From NCBI GenBank assembly GCA_021613535.1, contig CP075494.1, positions 3,348,001 to 3,412,000 of the forward strand: a stretch of 64,000 bases of DNA, given 5' to 3'. A program made the position numbers and the translations under genes. Under the pieces are notes generated by a model, which made no database searches, was not told the origin of the DNA, and saw nothing but the letters and a program-made list of their open reading frames with translations. This stretch comes from Adineta vaga (lineage: Eukaryota > Animalia > Rotifera). This document shows, one piece after another, positions 36,830 through 48,361 of this stretch (its first letter is position 1; every line of letters starts with the position of its first letter).

Positions 36830-37747
36830 TTATCTAACTGTCGGGACAACAGTATTTGGTTGTTTACATATAAATTTCTTTAAAGTTGTTTTAAGTGACT
36901 CAGTAAATTTCAAGACAGCAATCATAACTGATAGTAATGATAAATCAATAAATATATAACCAATTCGAAAATGATATTTTGGTGGATTAGTAAAAAATGA
37001 GAGAAAAACAAAAATTGCATATGGAGAAGCGAGAACAAATGAAATAATTACAAATAAAACTAAACGACGCACCATCTTTAATTCTCTGTTTGCTCGTGGT
37101 AAAGCATTTATTGGCATAACACGTTCACTAATTTTCTTAACATATCGAACTAATTTTAAATAAATGAATACTGTCATTGACATTGGCATTACATAAACAC
37201 AAGTGGCTGCAAAAAGTAAAGAGAATGAAAATCGAAAAGGTAATTGACATATTTGATTGTCCATATTATAGATTATTTCTCCAGTAAATAGAAATACCAT
37301 AGGAAATAATAAAGCATAAATCCATGTTGCAATAATAAGTAAGAATTGTGTTCGTATCGATTGCCAAATCAAATGATTTGGATAAACAACAATTACATAT
37401 CGATATAATGCTTCCAATAAATACGAATAATTATGTAAAGCACATAAACTATAACTTAAATATCCTCGAAAAATACATAATGAATCTTGATATGAAATTT
37501 GTTTAAGATCATTTTGTAATGTAAATGTACCCATCCAAAGTGTATCAATTCCTAATACAAGTCCAGTTAAACATGAATTAGCAACAAGCATCATCGGAAC
37601 ATTACGACATGTTTTGTCGGAAATAATAATAATTAAGAAAAATATTGTAAGTCCAATGACAAAGACAGTACATATAACAATGATAATATCGATAGGAATA
37701 AACCAGGATTCTATAGTTAATCTAACAGAATCATTAACAGGTATCAT
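36830..37747 (-). CDS. Rhodopsin-like orphan GPCR, intronless
   Basis: Seven TM segments, LEALYRY motif, DSLCIFRGY; paralogous to 53136-54086. Confidence 0.87.
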   Translation of the reverse strand: MIPVNDSVRLTIESWFIPIDIIIVICTVFVIGLTIFFLIIIISDKTCRNVPMMLVANSCLTGLVLGIDTLWMGTFTLQNDLKQISYQDSLCIFRGYLSYSLCALHNYSYLLEALYRYVIVVYPNHLIWQSIRTQFLLIIATWIYALLFPMVFLFTGEIIYNMDNQICQLPFRFSFSLLFAATCVYVMPMSMTVFIYLKLVRYVKKISERVMPINALPRANRELKMVRRLVLFVIISFVLASPYAIFVFLSFFTNPPKYHFRIGYIFIDLSLLSVMIAVLKFTESLKTTLKKFICKQPNTVVPTVR

Positions 37748-38334
37748 TGATGATGTAAATGAAAGTAAGTTTATGTTTACAAGAAAATGAATCAACATAG
37801 ACTGAGTACGTCAGTAACAGCAAGAATTTAATTACTTCGTACTATTTTTGGAGGATTAATGCAATTACTTTTTCTCTAAACGTGTCTTTTATAAAACGTA
37901 TGAGAAACTAAAAATAAAGTAAATTTATTCTTTCATTAAACAGATTTGTGTATATATAGTCTGAAAATATTTCACATTTTGTTTTAACAACAATGAAAAT
38001 TTGTAAACGATCCTATCGAGGTCGAGAATATATTGAAAATATATTTATCTATGGATGATTTCATATAATTTGTTATAAAATGAAACAAATTCTATAATTT
38101 TCTTTTTTTTCTCATCCTTTTTCTTTGATTAATCATTAATAAAACATTTTCTCAATTAAGAAGATTTTGCTTTGTAATATTCTATTCGAATAAAACTAAT
38201 GTCTAATACATAAGTGTGACCATATAGAACAAGAAACTAGATGATGTAGATCAACCATCTGTTTGATGTTGTCTACATTCTTAATATGCATTGTATATTT
38301 ATTTTTTAAACAGATCATATTACATAAATCAGTT

Positions 38335-39612
38335 TCATGGTTGAAATTGTTCACAACTATTAAGAATTTGTTTACTTGTATCTACACCACCACACATTAG
38401 TACATTGCCTGTTGAAGGAATGAAACTAGCTGTATGAAAGAAACGTGGTACATTTAAGCATTTTACTATAACGGATGACATTGTTACTAAATTGAAGATT
38501 TCACATGGAGCCAATTCATCGTCAGTCATAGATGTACGACCACCAGCTAATAAAACTGCTTTGTTATTTCTCAGTAAAGTAGCTGTATGAAAAGTACGTT
38601 TACTTTTATTTGTTCCATTCGCTACAAATGAAAGAGTTGTTACATCGAAAATATCAAAAGTATCAAGAACATTTATTTCATCACTTCCACCACCAACAAT
38701 CAATACTTTATTAATAGGTGCTGGAATATAAGTCGCTGTATGTCCAGCTCGTTTTGACCACATATGAAGAGTCGATGTTTGAAACATATTTGTTGCTGCA
38801 TCATAAAATTCCAAAGTATTTGTATATTGTATATCATCTGGATTGTTATTTGATCCACCTATAATCAAGACTTTATTAATCGTAGGTAAAAAGGTTAAGG
38901 TATGACCAACACGTCCAATCATCATCGTATTTTTTACTGATTTAAACTGCATACCATCAAATACATCACCAGAAGTCAGGGCTGTATAACTTGAATTTTG
39001 ACCACCAATTAGAACTATCTTATTCAAATTTGGTATAACTGCTGATTTATGTGTTGCACGAGCAATAGACATTGGAATGATACTTGTTACACCGGTAGTC
39101 GAATTGAATAATTCAGCATTAACATGTGGCATGTATGTACTATTCATTCCGCCAGCGATTAACACGAGTTTCGATGATGGAACTACATCAGCAGTATGAT
39201 CGTAACGTGCTGTTGACATATTCTGACCAGATGTCATTGTTAATGTGTCATTTATGATTAAGAATTTATCTATTGTATTAAGTGCGGTAGTTGTCGATGG
39301 ATTAAAACCACCAGTAATTAGAATAGAAGTATAATTGGAAACAAATGTACTTGTATGGTACATGCGACATGATGTCATATTTCCAACAAAAGATACGGAA
39401 TGGATATTGATCGAACAGAGGCGAAATATATATAATATATTTTTTATTTGAATAGAAAATGATGAAAGTGATTCCAAACGTTGTTGAATTTGGTAACCAT
39501 GAACTATTTGGAAAGTAATTAATGGTCGAGTTCGATCCGTTGCATTTTGAATACATCGTATACTATAATAAATACAAAAGAATATTCGTTTGTCTTTGAA
39601 ATGGAATAACAT
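38335..39612 (-). CDS. Kelch-repeat (galactose-oxidase-type beta-propeller) protein; start uncertain
   Basis: About seven repeats of R..HT(A)....(VL)I.GG, e.g. ARYDHTAD..VLIAGG, KRAGHTAT..VLIVGG, PRFFHTAS..VLMCGG. Confidence 0.85.
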   Translation of the reverse strand: MLFHFKDKRIFFCIYYSIRCIQNATDRTRPLITFQIVHGYQIQQRLESLSSFSIQIKNILYIFRLCSINIHSVSFVGNMTSCRMYHTSTFVSNYTSILITGGFNPSTTTALNTIDKFLIINDTLTMTSGQNMSTARYDHTADVVPSSKLVLIAGGMNSTYMPHVNAELFNSTTGVTSIIPMSIARATHKSAVIPNLNKIVLIGGQNSSYTALTSGDVFDGMQFKSVKNTMMIGRVGHTLTFLPTINKVLIIGGSNNNPDDIQYTNTLEFYDAATNMFQTSTLHMWSKRAGHTATYIPAPINKVLIVGGGSDEINVLDTFDIFDVTTLSFVANGTNKSKRTFHTATLLRNNKAVLLAGGRTSMTDDELAPCEIFNLVTMSSVIVKCLNVPRFFHTASFIPSTGNVLMCGGVDTSKQILNSCEQFQP

Positions 39613-40253
39613 ACAATCGATTGCTATTCACTTTGTCAATCGTTATCCTTTGAATTTTTAGAATATTACGTTCTGATAAATGGATATTTTCTTCAATCTA
39701 AACAGATTTATAAAAATTTTCATATCCTCTCACATAACTTACATTGCGTGCTAATGCTTCTCGATCAATTGAAACCAGATCATTTGATGAAAGATTATCG
39801 CCATTTAATAACAAATAAGTGACATCCAAAGACGATCCTATATAAAATCTCTTGATACTAACGAAAAAGCTGTCTTTTCTATTTACCTATCGTTAGAGAA
39901 AAAATATTGATTAAACAACCAAATATATATATAAATCTATAGACAAACAAAATAAAAAGATAATAATCTTTTAAATAAAAACTACCGTTGTTTTTCACGA
40001 AAACTGAATAATCGCATCGTTTGAATATTTTGGTCTCTAAAGAAAAAAATAATTCTAATACGTACTGTTTACTACCTTTTATCAGTATAAAATGATAACG
40101 TAATTTATTTTCTCGTTTCTTATTATAGATACTTTTATGTGCGTCATCACTGTTATTTGAATCATGCTCTGTATGTGTAAAAAATGTTTGCACTTGCACA
40201 GTGGTCGATATACTAGTTTTAACGGCAATTGCGTTTCTTAAAACTTTACGATA

Positions 40254-40319
40254 TGAGGGTGTGGGTGTGTAGGAGTATCATTAGTCTCTTGATCCGCCAT
40301 CACCCAAACCCACTCTCAC
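40254..40319. repeat. Telomere-like inverted junction motif
   Basis: TGAGGGTGTGGGTGTGTAGG ... CACCCAAACCCACTCTCAC. Confidence 0.8.
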
Positions 40320-40981
40320 GAATATATTGACTGTTAGTTTTCTTTTCAATTGCACTAAGCAAACGTGATCAACCATTTCCCTCTCGATGTGTAAGTGAAT
40401 TTGTTTGTTTCAAAATTATTAATAATATAATGTATAGTCCTAAGTGGAATATTCGTTGCACGATGATTAGCAGAAGCAGACCGTATACCGTTGCTCCAGT
40501 AATGTATTCACTTTTTGAGTACACAAAAAGATTGTTATTGTATATGTTCTCAAGACTCAGTACTATTCACTGATGTTTTATTCATCATTTTCATTTATGC
40601 ACGATAGATTTCAATGAATTAGCAATTTTATCTGCTCTCTTTCTATGAGAAAAGTTTGTCAGTTATTAGGTCTTTTATCATATTTCTAACGGAAATGAAC
40701 TGGGAAAATAATCATTATGCATGTATGAATATACATCGTTAATCATTTTTCTTGCCAAATTACCGGTTCGTTAATCTTGGTGATGAACATAATCAAATGC
40801 GCTATCACAGTATGGGAGAAATTACGTTGCATATGTCGCAGTGTAGAAGAGTATAAAAACAGAGTGCATCCGTCTTTTCTTACTAATACTGAGAAACATC
40901 CTTCATTAGTAACGGTAGATATTTGTTTTTTTGTATACATTATCATTATATAACAAATATCTATTTGAAATCAAAACAAAA

Positions 40982-42473
40982 ATGGTTGAAGCAACTGCTG
41001 TTTTTCGTACCACAAATGCCGTGATCCTCTTGATTATCATCATATTAACTATCATCTATCTTCTGCCAACTATCTTAGTTCGACATTTTCATACTACGAA
41101 CAATATCTTAACGGGTAATATTTGTTTGACTACTATTATTGCTGCTGTCTTTTGGACTATATATAATATTTTAAATACCTATTATGAAAATATTTTGAAT
41201 GAATCTACTACTGGATGTGTTGTATCTATTTACTTTCCGGGACTAGTGAATTGCTTAGTAGTTTATGCCATGGCAATGATTAGCATAAATCGTTTTTGTG
41301 CAGTTATTTATCCAAGTAAAGCATTATTTAAAAGATTAACATGGTCCTTTATCTCTTCCGGAACACAATGGATTATAGCCATCATCCTAGCTGTACCTCA
41401 TCTTCTCATCGCATTTCAGGTAAATATTGGTTAAGAAGGAACATATAAAGGATGACCTAAAAGTTTTAGTACATCATAGAGAAAATTATTTTGAACTCAG
41501 AGAAAATACGAAGTACTATACGATTGGTCACAATTGATGTCTGTAATGAACAATCGTGTTTTCTATCTTTTGTTTCAATTTGTAATGTGTTTTTTCAAAG
41601 ACTAAGATATACCAGAAAATGTAGCAAGAAAAGCTCTACGATTTACAATAGTAAGCTTATTATAAATAGGAACCTTTAACGTTCACAATAGACAATTGTG
41701 CAAGTGGGAGAATTTGGACGACATTTTTTTACTTTTCGCCATTTTTATCTATATGTATATTAGATTTCTATTGTCAATAGTAAAACTTTTCACGCTGTAT
41801 TTTCTAGTATATTTTAGTCTTCGAAGAAATAAGTAATGTTCATCGTTTCAACTCACGTGATCCTCGACTGTCGACTACAGCAAAAGTTTTTCTTTTCGCA
41901 ATCTTTTCCCAAAGTTGAGGGCTTGGATGTTCGTGTGCCTGTTGATGAGATTCAATTGTAAATGCACCACACACACCCATCCCTTTTTGATCATCCTTTA
42001 AAAGTAATAAACGAATAGTAATTTAACTGTTTTGTATTTTATAGACATGTTTATATGGAAATCTAGTACCGTATTGGATTAGCTTCTATAATATGTTTAT
42101 TATTGCCATATTGCCTTGTGTTATTCATGTCGTTTTTAATTCGTTCATATTTATCAATGTACGTTCATCGACTCGTCGTGTTCATGCAGAAACGACGGCC
42201 ACCTCTGTTACTAATAAATCAAGACAGCATAATACTCGTGATGTTCGTCTGCTCAAACATATGCTTTTTATTTTCGTCGTATTTATTAGTGGATGGTCGC
42301 CTTTTTTTATTTTGTCAACGATTAGTATAAACGCACCTGAATGGATTAATTCATTGTTGCAAATGTTGCCAGTATTCAGTTTACTAATCAATATAGTGGA
42401 TTTGTTCTTATACAACCATGATCTTCGACAATATTTGAAAGGACGGTTTTGGAATCGAAATTTAAATAAATAA
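40982..42473 (+). CDS. Rhodopsin-like orphan GPCR, 2 exons (40982-41419, 42045-42473)
   Basis: MISINRFCAVIYP and FISGWSPF motifs; a 625-nt GT-AG intron joins the ORFs in frame. Confidence 0.85.
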
Positions 42474-42628
42474 ATAAATAAACGTCAATTATTTGACTAA
42501 TCTGACTAAATAATGTATGAATATATTAAAAATTTAATTGTAAAAATAGAAGATTTCTGTATCAGAACCTTGATTAGACTTTTTAGTTTCGAATTATGGC
42601 TAGATATGAATGTCGATATCTTTGCTTT

Positions 42629-42720
42629 TCCCACATCCACACTCTCAATATAAATGTCTTCGTTGAGGGTGTGGGTGTCAGTGTGAGTGAGAAATACGGG
42701 AATACCTACACGCACCCACA
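42629..42720. repeat. Telomere-like junction motif cluster (C arm, G arm, C arm)
   Basis: CCCACATCCACACTCTCAA ... TTGAGGGTGTGGGTGTCAGTGTGAG ... CCTACACGCACCCACA. Confidence 0.8.
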
Positions 42721-43845
42721 GGATTCTTATATCGGAATCGCATACGACAAGATTGCTGAATAAATATCAACAAACGTAACAATGTTCTAGTTTCTTTATC
42801 AATTACTATTAATGTATTTCTTTTCTTCTTTGGCTTCATTCTCATGTATAATATAAAGTGTGCCAGAGCACTCGCTTAATCATGTTGATGTATTCTACTA
42901 TTTCTCTCTTTTTCTGTCTCCCATTTCATACATAGTACGCAGTTGGGCTTCAGTCCTTTTTTGTACGTTTAACACCAACATTTAAGACGTAATTTACCAC
43001 AAACAATACCATTTCCTCACATAACAAGTCACATAAAAAAGGAACAGTACAAACACATTACTACAGACAAAAGACCTTCGCCATGTATCTGTTTCCTTTT
43101 CTTTTCTTCTATTTCAGCTTTTGTAACTATACGTCTTGTTCCGTTTCCGTTTACTCTAACTCGAGTTATCGTTAACTTTTACCATCAATAAAAGCGATGT
43201 CACTAGAAGGAGCGAAAAGCGAGACTTCATCTACTTCACACAACAATTGAAGTAAGATGAAGTATCGAAGAAATGCAAGTGGAATACGAATGGAGTAGAA
43301 TGAAATATTGATGAAGTACTTCACTGTCGAATTCTGTCCTTTTCTCCTTGAATAGTCCCTTCAGCATCCACTCCTTACAGGTGAATAGCTGAATAAGTAA
43401 GTAATTGCAAATTTCAACTATTCAAGTGCTACACTTGACTACTTGAATACATAGTTGAATTCAACTTTCTAATATCACATATATGCATCTCTTACATACA
43501 ACATATCTGCCAGATTCTCCGTAAACGAGCTAAAGCAACTTGATCTATATGTCTTGTTTATGATTTTCTCAATCATTAGAACAGAGTATGTGTGTACAAC
43601 TAAGTCCACTGATGAGACCCTTGAGCAAAGTCGAAATCGTCGTCACGGTGTGCTTTTTGACACACGTTGATTCTTTATAGTGTTAGGATCTTTATGAACT
43701 GACTCAAAAGTGTACATATATCTCAATCTGCCACGAGCCTTGAAAACAAATACTTTCGATAAACGTTTATTAGTGCATATAAGGAGCAAAAGATTTTACA
43801 AATACTCAAAAATATGTAGCAATGCCATGGGCCTCATCGCCGACA

Positions 43846-44161
43846 CTAGTAGTTAGAGCAGCAGCATTCGAAAAGGGCGCATTCACCCCGTCTAAAGCCC
43901 TTATCTCTGCAACCGCTAGCGCACGCTCCCCCGGGTAATGGGCAGCCATAACCAAAAACACAAGTACCACGACGAACTCTAATTGACCTGTTTTCGCCAT
44001 TATCTAATACCGACTTGGCTGCTAAAACGATATACATATATATATATATATATATATTATAAGAAAGAATCGATTCGCAATAATCTGCACAGTTACTTAC
44101 AGACCGAGAGGCTCAATGCTATGAGTGAAAAAGCGAAGAAGAGTAGTAAAATTCGTCGCAT
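43846..44161 (-). CDS. Defensin-like (CS-alpha-beta) antimicrobial prepropeptide, 78 aa, 2 exons (44161-44101, 44021-43846)
   Basis: Signal MRRILLLFFAFSLIALSLSV, phase-1 intron, propeptide ending RVRR, mature GTCVFGYGCPLPGGACASGCRDKGFRRGECALFECCCSNY with CxxxC, GxC and CxC. Confidence 0.8.
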
Positions 44162-44311
44162 TTTATTACTTGTGCAATATGAAATCGTTGAGACGAGCTT
44201 GGTAGTTAGTTCGAGAGAATGCAAATATATTGATATGCATTTTCGGCCTCTCTTTTATACATGACGTTATGTGAAAAGCAAGTGGAGGGGGGAGCGAGAA
44301 ATTGGTATTGA

Positions 44312-44398
44312 AGTACTTCATCAATACTTCACTGGTACTTCACCGGTACTTTATCGGTACTTCGCCAATACCTCACCCGTACTTTATCGGTACTTCAT
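44312..44398. repeat. Degenerate tandem repeat of about 11-bp GTACTT(C/T)A(C/T)CG units
   Basis: gtacttcatcaatacttcactggtacttcaccggtactttatcggtacttc... Confidence 0.6.
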
Positions 44399-46042
44399 CT
44401 TGCTTCAAATTGTGCTTAAAATAAATGAAGTCGTGCTTTTTCTCCCTTGGTGAAAATCCATGAGATTATTTGAATTATTTTGTCAATATTGCAATGTATA
44501 AAGTCTCTTTTCGATGAAAGACTATAGACACACAGATCCACATTAGATACATGAATCACTTCATGAAAATCACGACTAAAGTTGCTCAAACATGATTGTG
44601 AGATTTTGCTCATATACATATATATATATATTATGGATGAAAGCATTTGATGATTTTTAGAGATATTTAGCTATTCATGCAGACAAGCATTTCCTCGATA
44701 GAATTTGAATAGATGAAGAAAATTTTAAACGATGTGTAATATTTTCGTGCAATGAATAAAGAACAAAAAAAGATTCATGATTATTAATAGTTTCTTGTAA
44801 TGTTTTCATTCATCTAACTGATCTTATGTATTTGTAAGATCATTACGGATGAGTGTAGGTTTAGATGGGTAACTGCGTTGCTAGCAAACACACCCTCACC
44901 CAACAACAATAACAAGAGAGATAAATTTATTATTCGAGAAATCCAATAACTTTAAATCACTTATATTGACTGATGGTCAAACATTCACTGTCAAAAGTTT
45001 TCTGAACCATTTTTATAGTCATAGAATGGAATATCATTTATCAAGAAACATTTATTTGAAGAAACGTATAGAACAACGAATGGTAGCTTTAATATCAGCC
45101 AATTCCAGTTTTTCTGCACAACAATCGAAATAAAAACGCTTTTTAAAGATGATATAAACAAAACATTTTTCTTTTATTAACAACAGTTATACAAATAAAT
45201 CATCAGTGACTTTGATTTTGTCTTAGAAAAAGATTTTATTTATAAAATTGCACATTTTTGGACAGTATAAAAGTCATTAATAGTTCTTGAATATCAAAAA
45301 TCTAAATCATATCTTTCATGATTCATATAGGCCAGATAAATAAATAAATATAATAAGACACTAAACGAAAACGACAAAGAATTTCTTAAGTTTTTCTTTT
45401 TGTACTAACTTTCATTGTGAACAATGTAATTCATTGAGAAATTCAATCTATGTGTATTTTTATTCATTATTGAACAAATATCACGTAAATATATAGTATA
45501 AAAATATTTAATGCGAAACACGGAATAATTATTTGAGTAGTCATTTTAGTTTATATTTTATTTTCAATACACAAAGAATAATCTATTGATTTTAGAACTA
45601 TCAAATGATAAATTATGACTAGGAAAAAATATCGAAATATGTCATAAGTTTAACAGTATTCAGACTGAATTACATCGTCAAATAAATATTTTATCGGTAG
45701 AATAGAGGAGAAATAAGTTACAAATGATTTGTTTGTATTATTATTATTAGATTTTTGCATTGTGACGTTCTGTAGGTATTTACAGGAAAAATGTCAGTCT
45801 GATGGTCTCAACTGTTTGTAAAAAGAGGGTAAAGGAAAACCTTTTAGTCACTTGTGTCCTCTGAATTATCAAAATTTATTCAACCTTCAAGCGTGTTTGT
45901 TTTCTTTACTTATTGGAGAAGAGAAGAGAAAAAAGATGATATAATGGTTTTATTTTTAAAAGTTTTGGTACAAGGATAAAATCTTCATGATAGAATAGTA
46001 AAAGTTAGTTTTTATGTATTTTAAGGCGTATATGGAAAAGCT

Positions 46043-47047
46043 TTATCGAAAAAGAAGGCTATAATCATCTGCTCGAGTCTTATTGTATCCACCACCATTC
46101 ATAATAGGACGAATAGTCGTTTCAAATCCATTTTTGACCCTAGTAACAATCATTGTTTGATATTGATCAAAATTTTTAATATTAAAATGAAATTGTTTGG
46201 GTTCCCATTTCAAGCAATCTTGACATTGAGAACTTGTTTTATCTACTTGCCATTGAAGAGTCATTGTATCATTTCCATCTATGCGATGGGGTGGTGAAGT
46301 TAGACGAATTTTAACTATTGCACTTTCATTTAGTTTAATTATTGGACTTGAAAGTATAAAATCCAAAGCGAGATTAAGATCTGTACAGTTATTCATCCAA
46401 TTTCTTGGAATTGTTTCAAATAATTTGTCATCTGGTTTTCCAATTGATATTATTTTATAATTTATTGTTACTCTAAGTGCAAAAAATCCAGTACCTTCAA
46501 CAAAAATATATCTAAGAGGTATATCTGTATCTTTCTTAAAAAATATTTCTTCACATGGATATGTTTCTCCTGTTGATTCAAGTGTACAGTTTTGTTCAGA
46601 ATACCAATGATCTTCATCTTTAGAACTATTTGTTTTATGTATCATTTTTGAACTAAATTCCATATAATTTGCAATTTTAAATGTATCCATATTATAATAC
46701 CAATGCTCAGGAAATGAACCATGTATAGCACTACCATGTTTCCAAACTGATGTATAAACACAATATACTGGTTTGTATATTTCGAGTATAACATAATTTT
46801 TAGATTCAGGAGAATCAGGAGTTGCATATGGAAAATGTTGCATAGCATATGCATATGACTGATCATCTGAATCAATCAAATGCCAATGATAAGCTCGTTG
46901 ATTTATTTCATCGACTGCAAATAGATAAGTATTAGTAGAATCATTTGTTGTAAATGTTATTTGTGGAGGAAAATAAGGTTGAGAACATTCAACTCTCATA
47001 TTCCATAAGACAAATAATATTACATATAACAACATCTTTTTCACCAT
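46043..47047 (-). CDS. Secreted protein of unknown function (334 aa), intronless
   Basis: Signal peptide, PYFPPQITF start, several Cys and N-glycosylation sequons, beta-rich C-terminal domain. Confidence 0.75.
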   Translation of the reverse strand: MVKKMLLYVILFVLWNMRVECSQPYFPPQITFTTNDSTNTYLFAVDEINQRAYHWHLIDSDDQSYAYAMQHFPYATPDSPESKNYVILEIYKPVYCVYTSVWKHGSAIHGSFPEHWYYNMDTFKIANYMEFSSKMIHKTNSSKDEDHWYSEQNCTLESTGETYPCEEIFFKKDTDIPLRYIFVEGTGFFALRVTINYKIISIGKPDDKLFETIPRNWMNNCTDLNLALDFILSSPIIKLNESAIVKIRLTSPPHRIDGNDTMTLQWQVDKTSSQCQDCLKWEPKQFHFNIKNFDQYQTMIVTRVKNGFETTIRPIMNGGGYNKTRADDYSLLFR

Positions 47048-48224
47048 CTATCGTCTTCTTTCTTCACTTTTTATATATATATAGTTTAGCCAAAAGTACC
47101 TTTATCTTTTTTTCAATAATGCATTGTAAGCGCATCATCATTATTTGATGATAAAATGTCATATTCATTTTTGTTATTTATCAAAAATTTATCTTCTGTT
47201 CTCATTGGTTAAATCTTTTTTTGCGTGCTCAAAAAGTGAATACACAATACAATCAGCTAGTCTATCCGTCCGTCCGTCCGTTTATTATGAAGAAAAAAAA
47301 GTTTTGTTGATTTATATCTTCTGGATTTATTATTGAATAAATCATTACACTTTAGTGCTGCTCGGGTAGTTTCCATGGTTTCTTATTGATTGACATTGAC
47401 TACAATTTTTTTCACTTACAGAGCGATCCAAAGAATCTAAATCAATGTTTTGCTTATTTATGTAGTGTTAAATCGAAGAAAAAAAACGTATATTGTCGTC
47501 TTTTTTGTCAATGGTCGATGAAACCTGGTGGGATAGTAAATGAGTCTAAACTATTGAAGTTTTCAATATTTTCAAATGACAGATGCCCTAAAATTTGATA
47601 TCTTGGATAAATATAACCATGTTCATGACATCGAGAGTTGAAAAAAATACAGAAAAAAAACGTTTTAAACTGTTGATTTTGTATTTTCCGTAAGAAAACT
47701 GAATACAAATGCGTTATCTACAGGATTTGCGTATTTCCCATCCGGATAGATATTCTTTCACCTAAAATAAAGATATATCATGTGATGCTAATATTACTAT
47801 TGATCATTTTCTTCCTTTGTATTAAGAATAAAGTAAGAACTCTCACTCTGACATTCTCTATGTATAAATACGGACTTTTAGAATATGTGATTAGTTCTTT
47901 ATAAATATCTTTTTATAGTAGAAATATATCAAAATATAGAGACTAACTTCTTTTTATAAAGTATGCGTCGGTAATTTATATTTTAGGAGAACAATACATT
48001 CATCATAGAAAATAATCTGCAAGTTCAAAAGTGATTATGAGGCATCATTGAGATAACGTATTCTATTATATTATCAATGATAGTGATGATCTAGTTGGAT
48101 ATATCATTTCTTTATAACAGAAACTATAATTCCGAAAGAATTTTCAATTGTTTTTATGCTTATATTATTGATGATCATGATCCTGACAATAAACCATTGA
48201 TTCGTACTGATTATTTAACATATT

Positions 48225-48274
48225 AGGGTGTGTGTATGGGTACTACCTATCTAACATCCTCACCCACACCCTCC
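48225..48274. repeat. Telomere-like inverted junction motif
   Basis: AGGGTGTGTGTATGGGT ... CCTCACCCACACCCTCC. Confidence 0.7.
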
Positions 48275-48361
48275 ATTCGTATTATTTTATTGCTGATTTA
48301 AATTTTAGTCTAATCTTTTCATAAACAGGTTAGATTCACTATTGTGAATAGTTAAGCAGAT

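Noticed and set aside
44031-44058. (TA)n microsatellite
   Set aside because: Ordinary simple repeat within the defensin intron.
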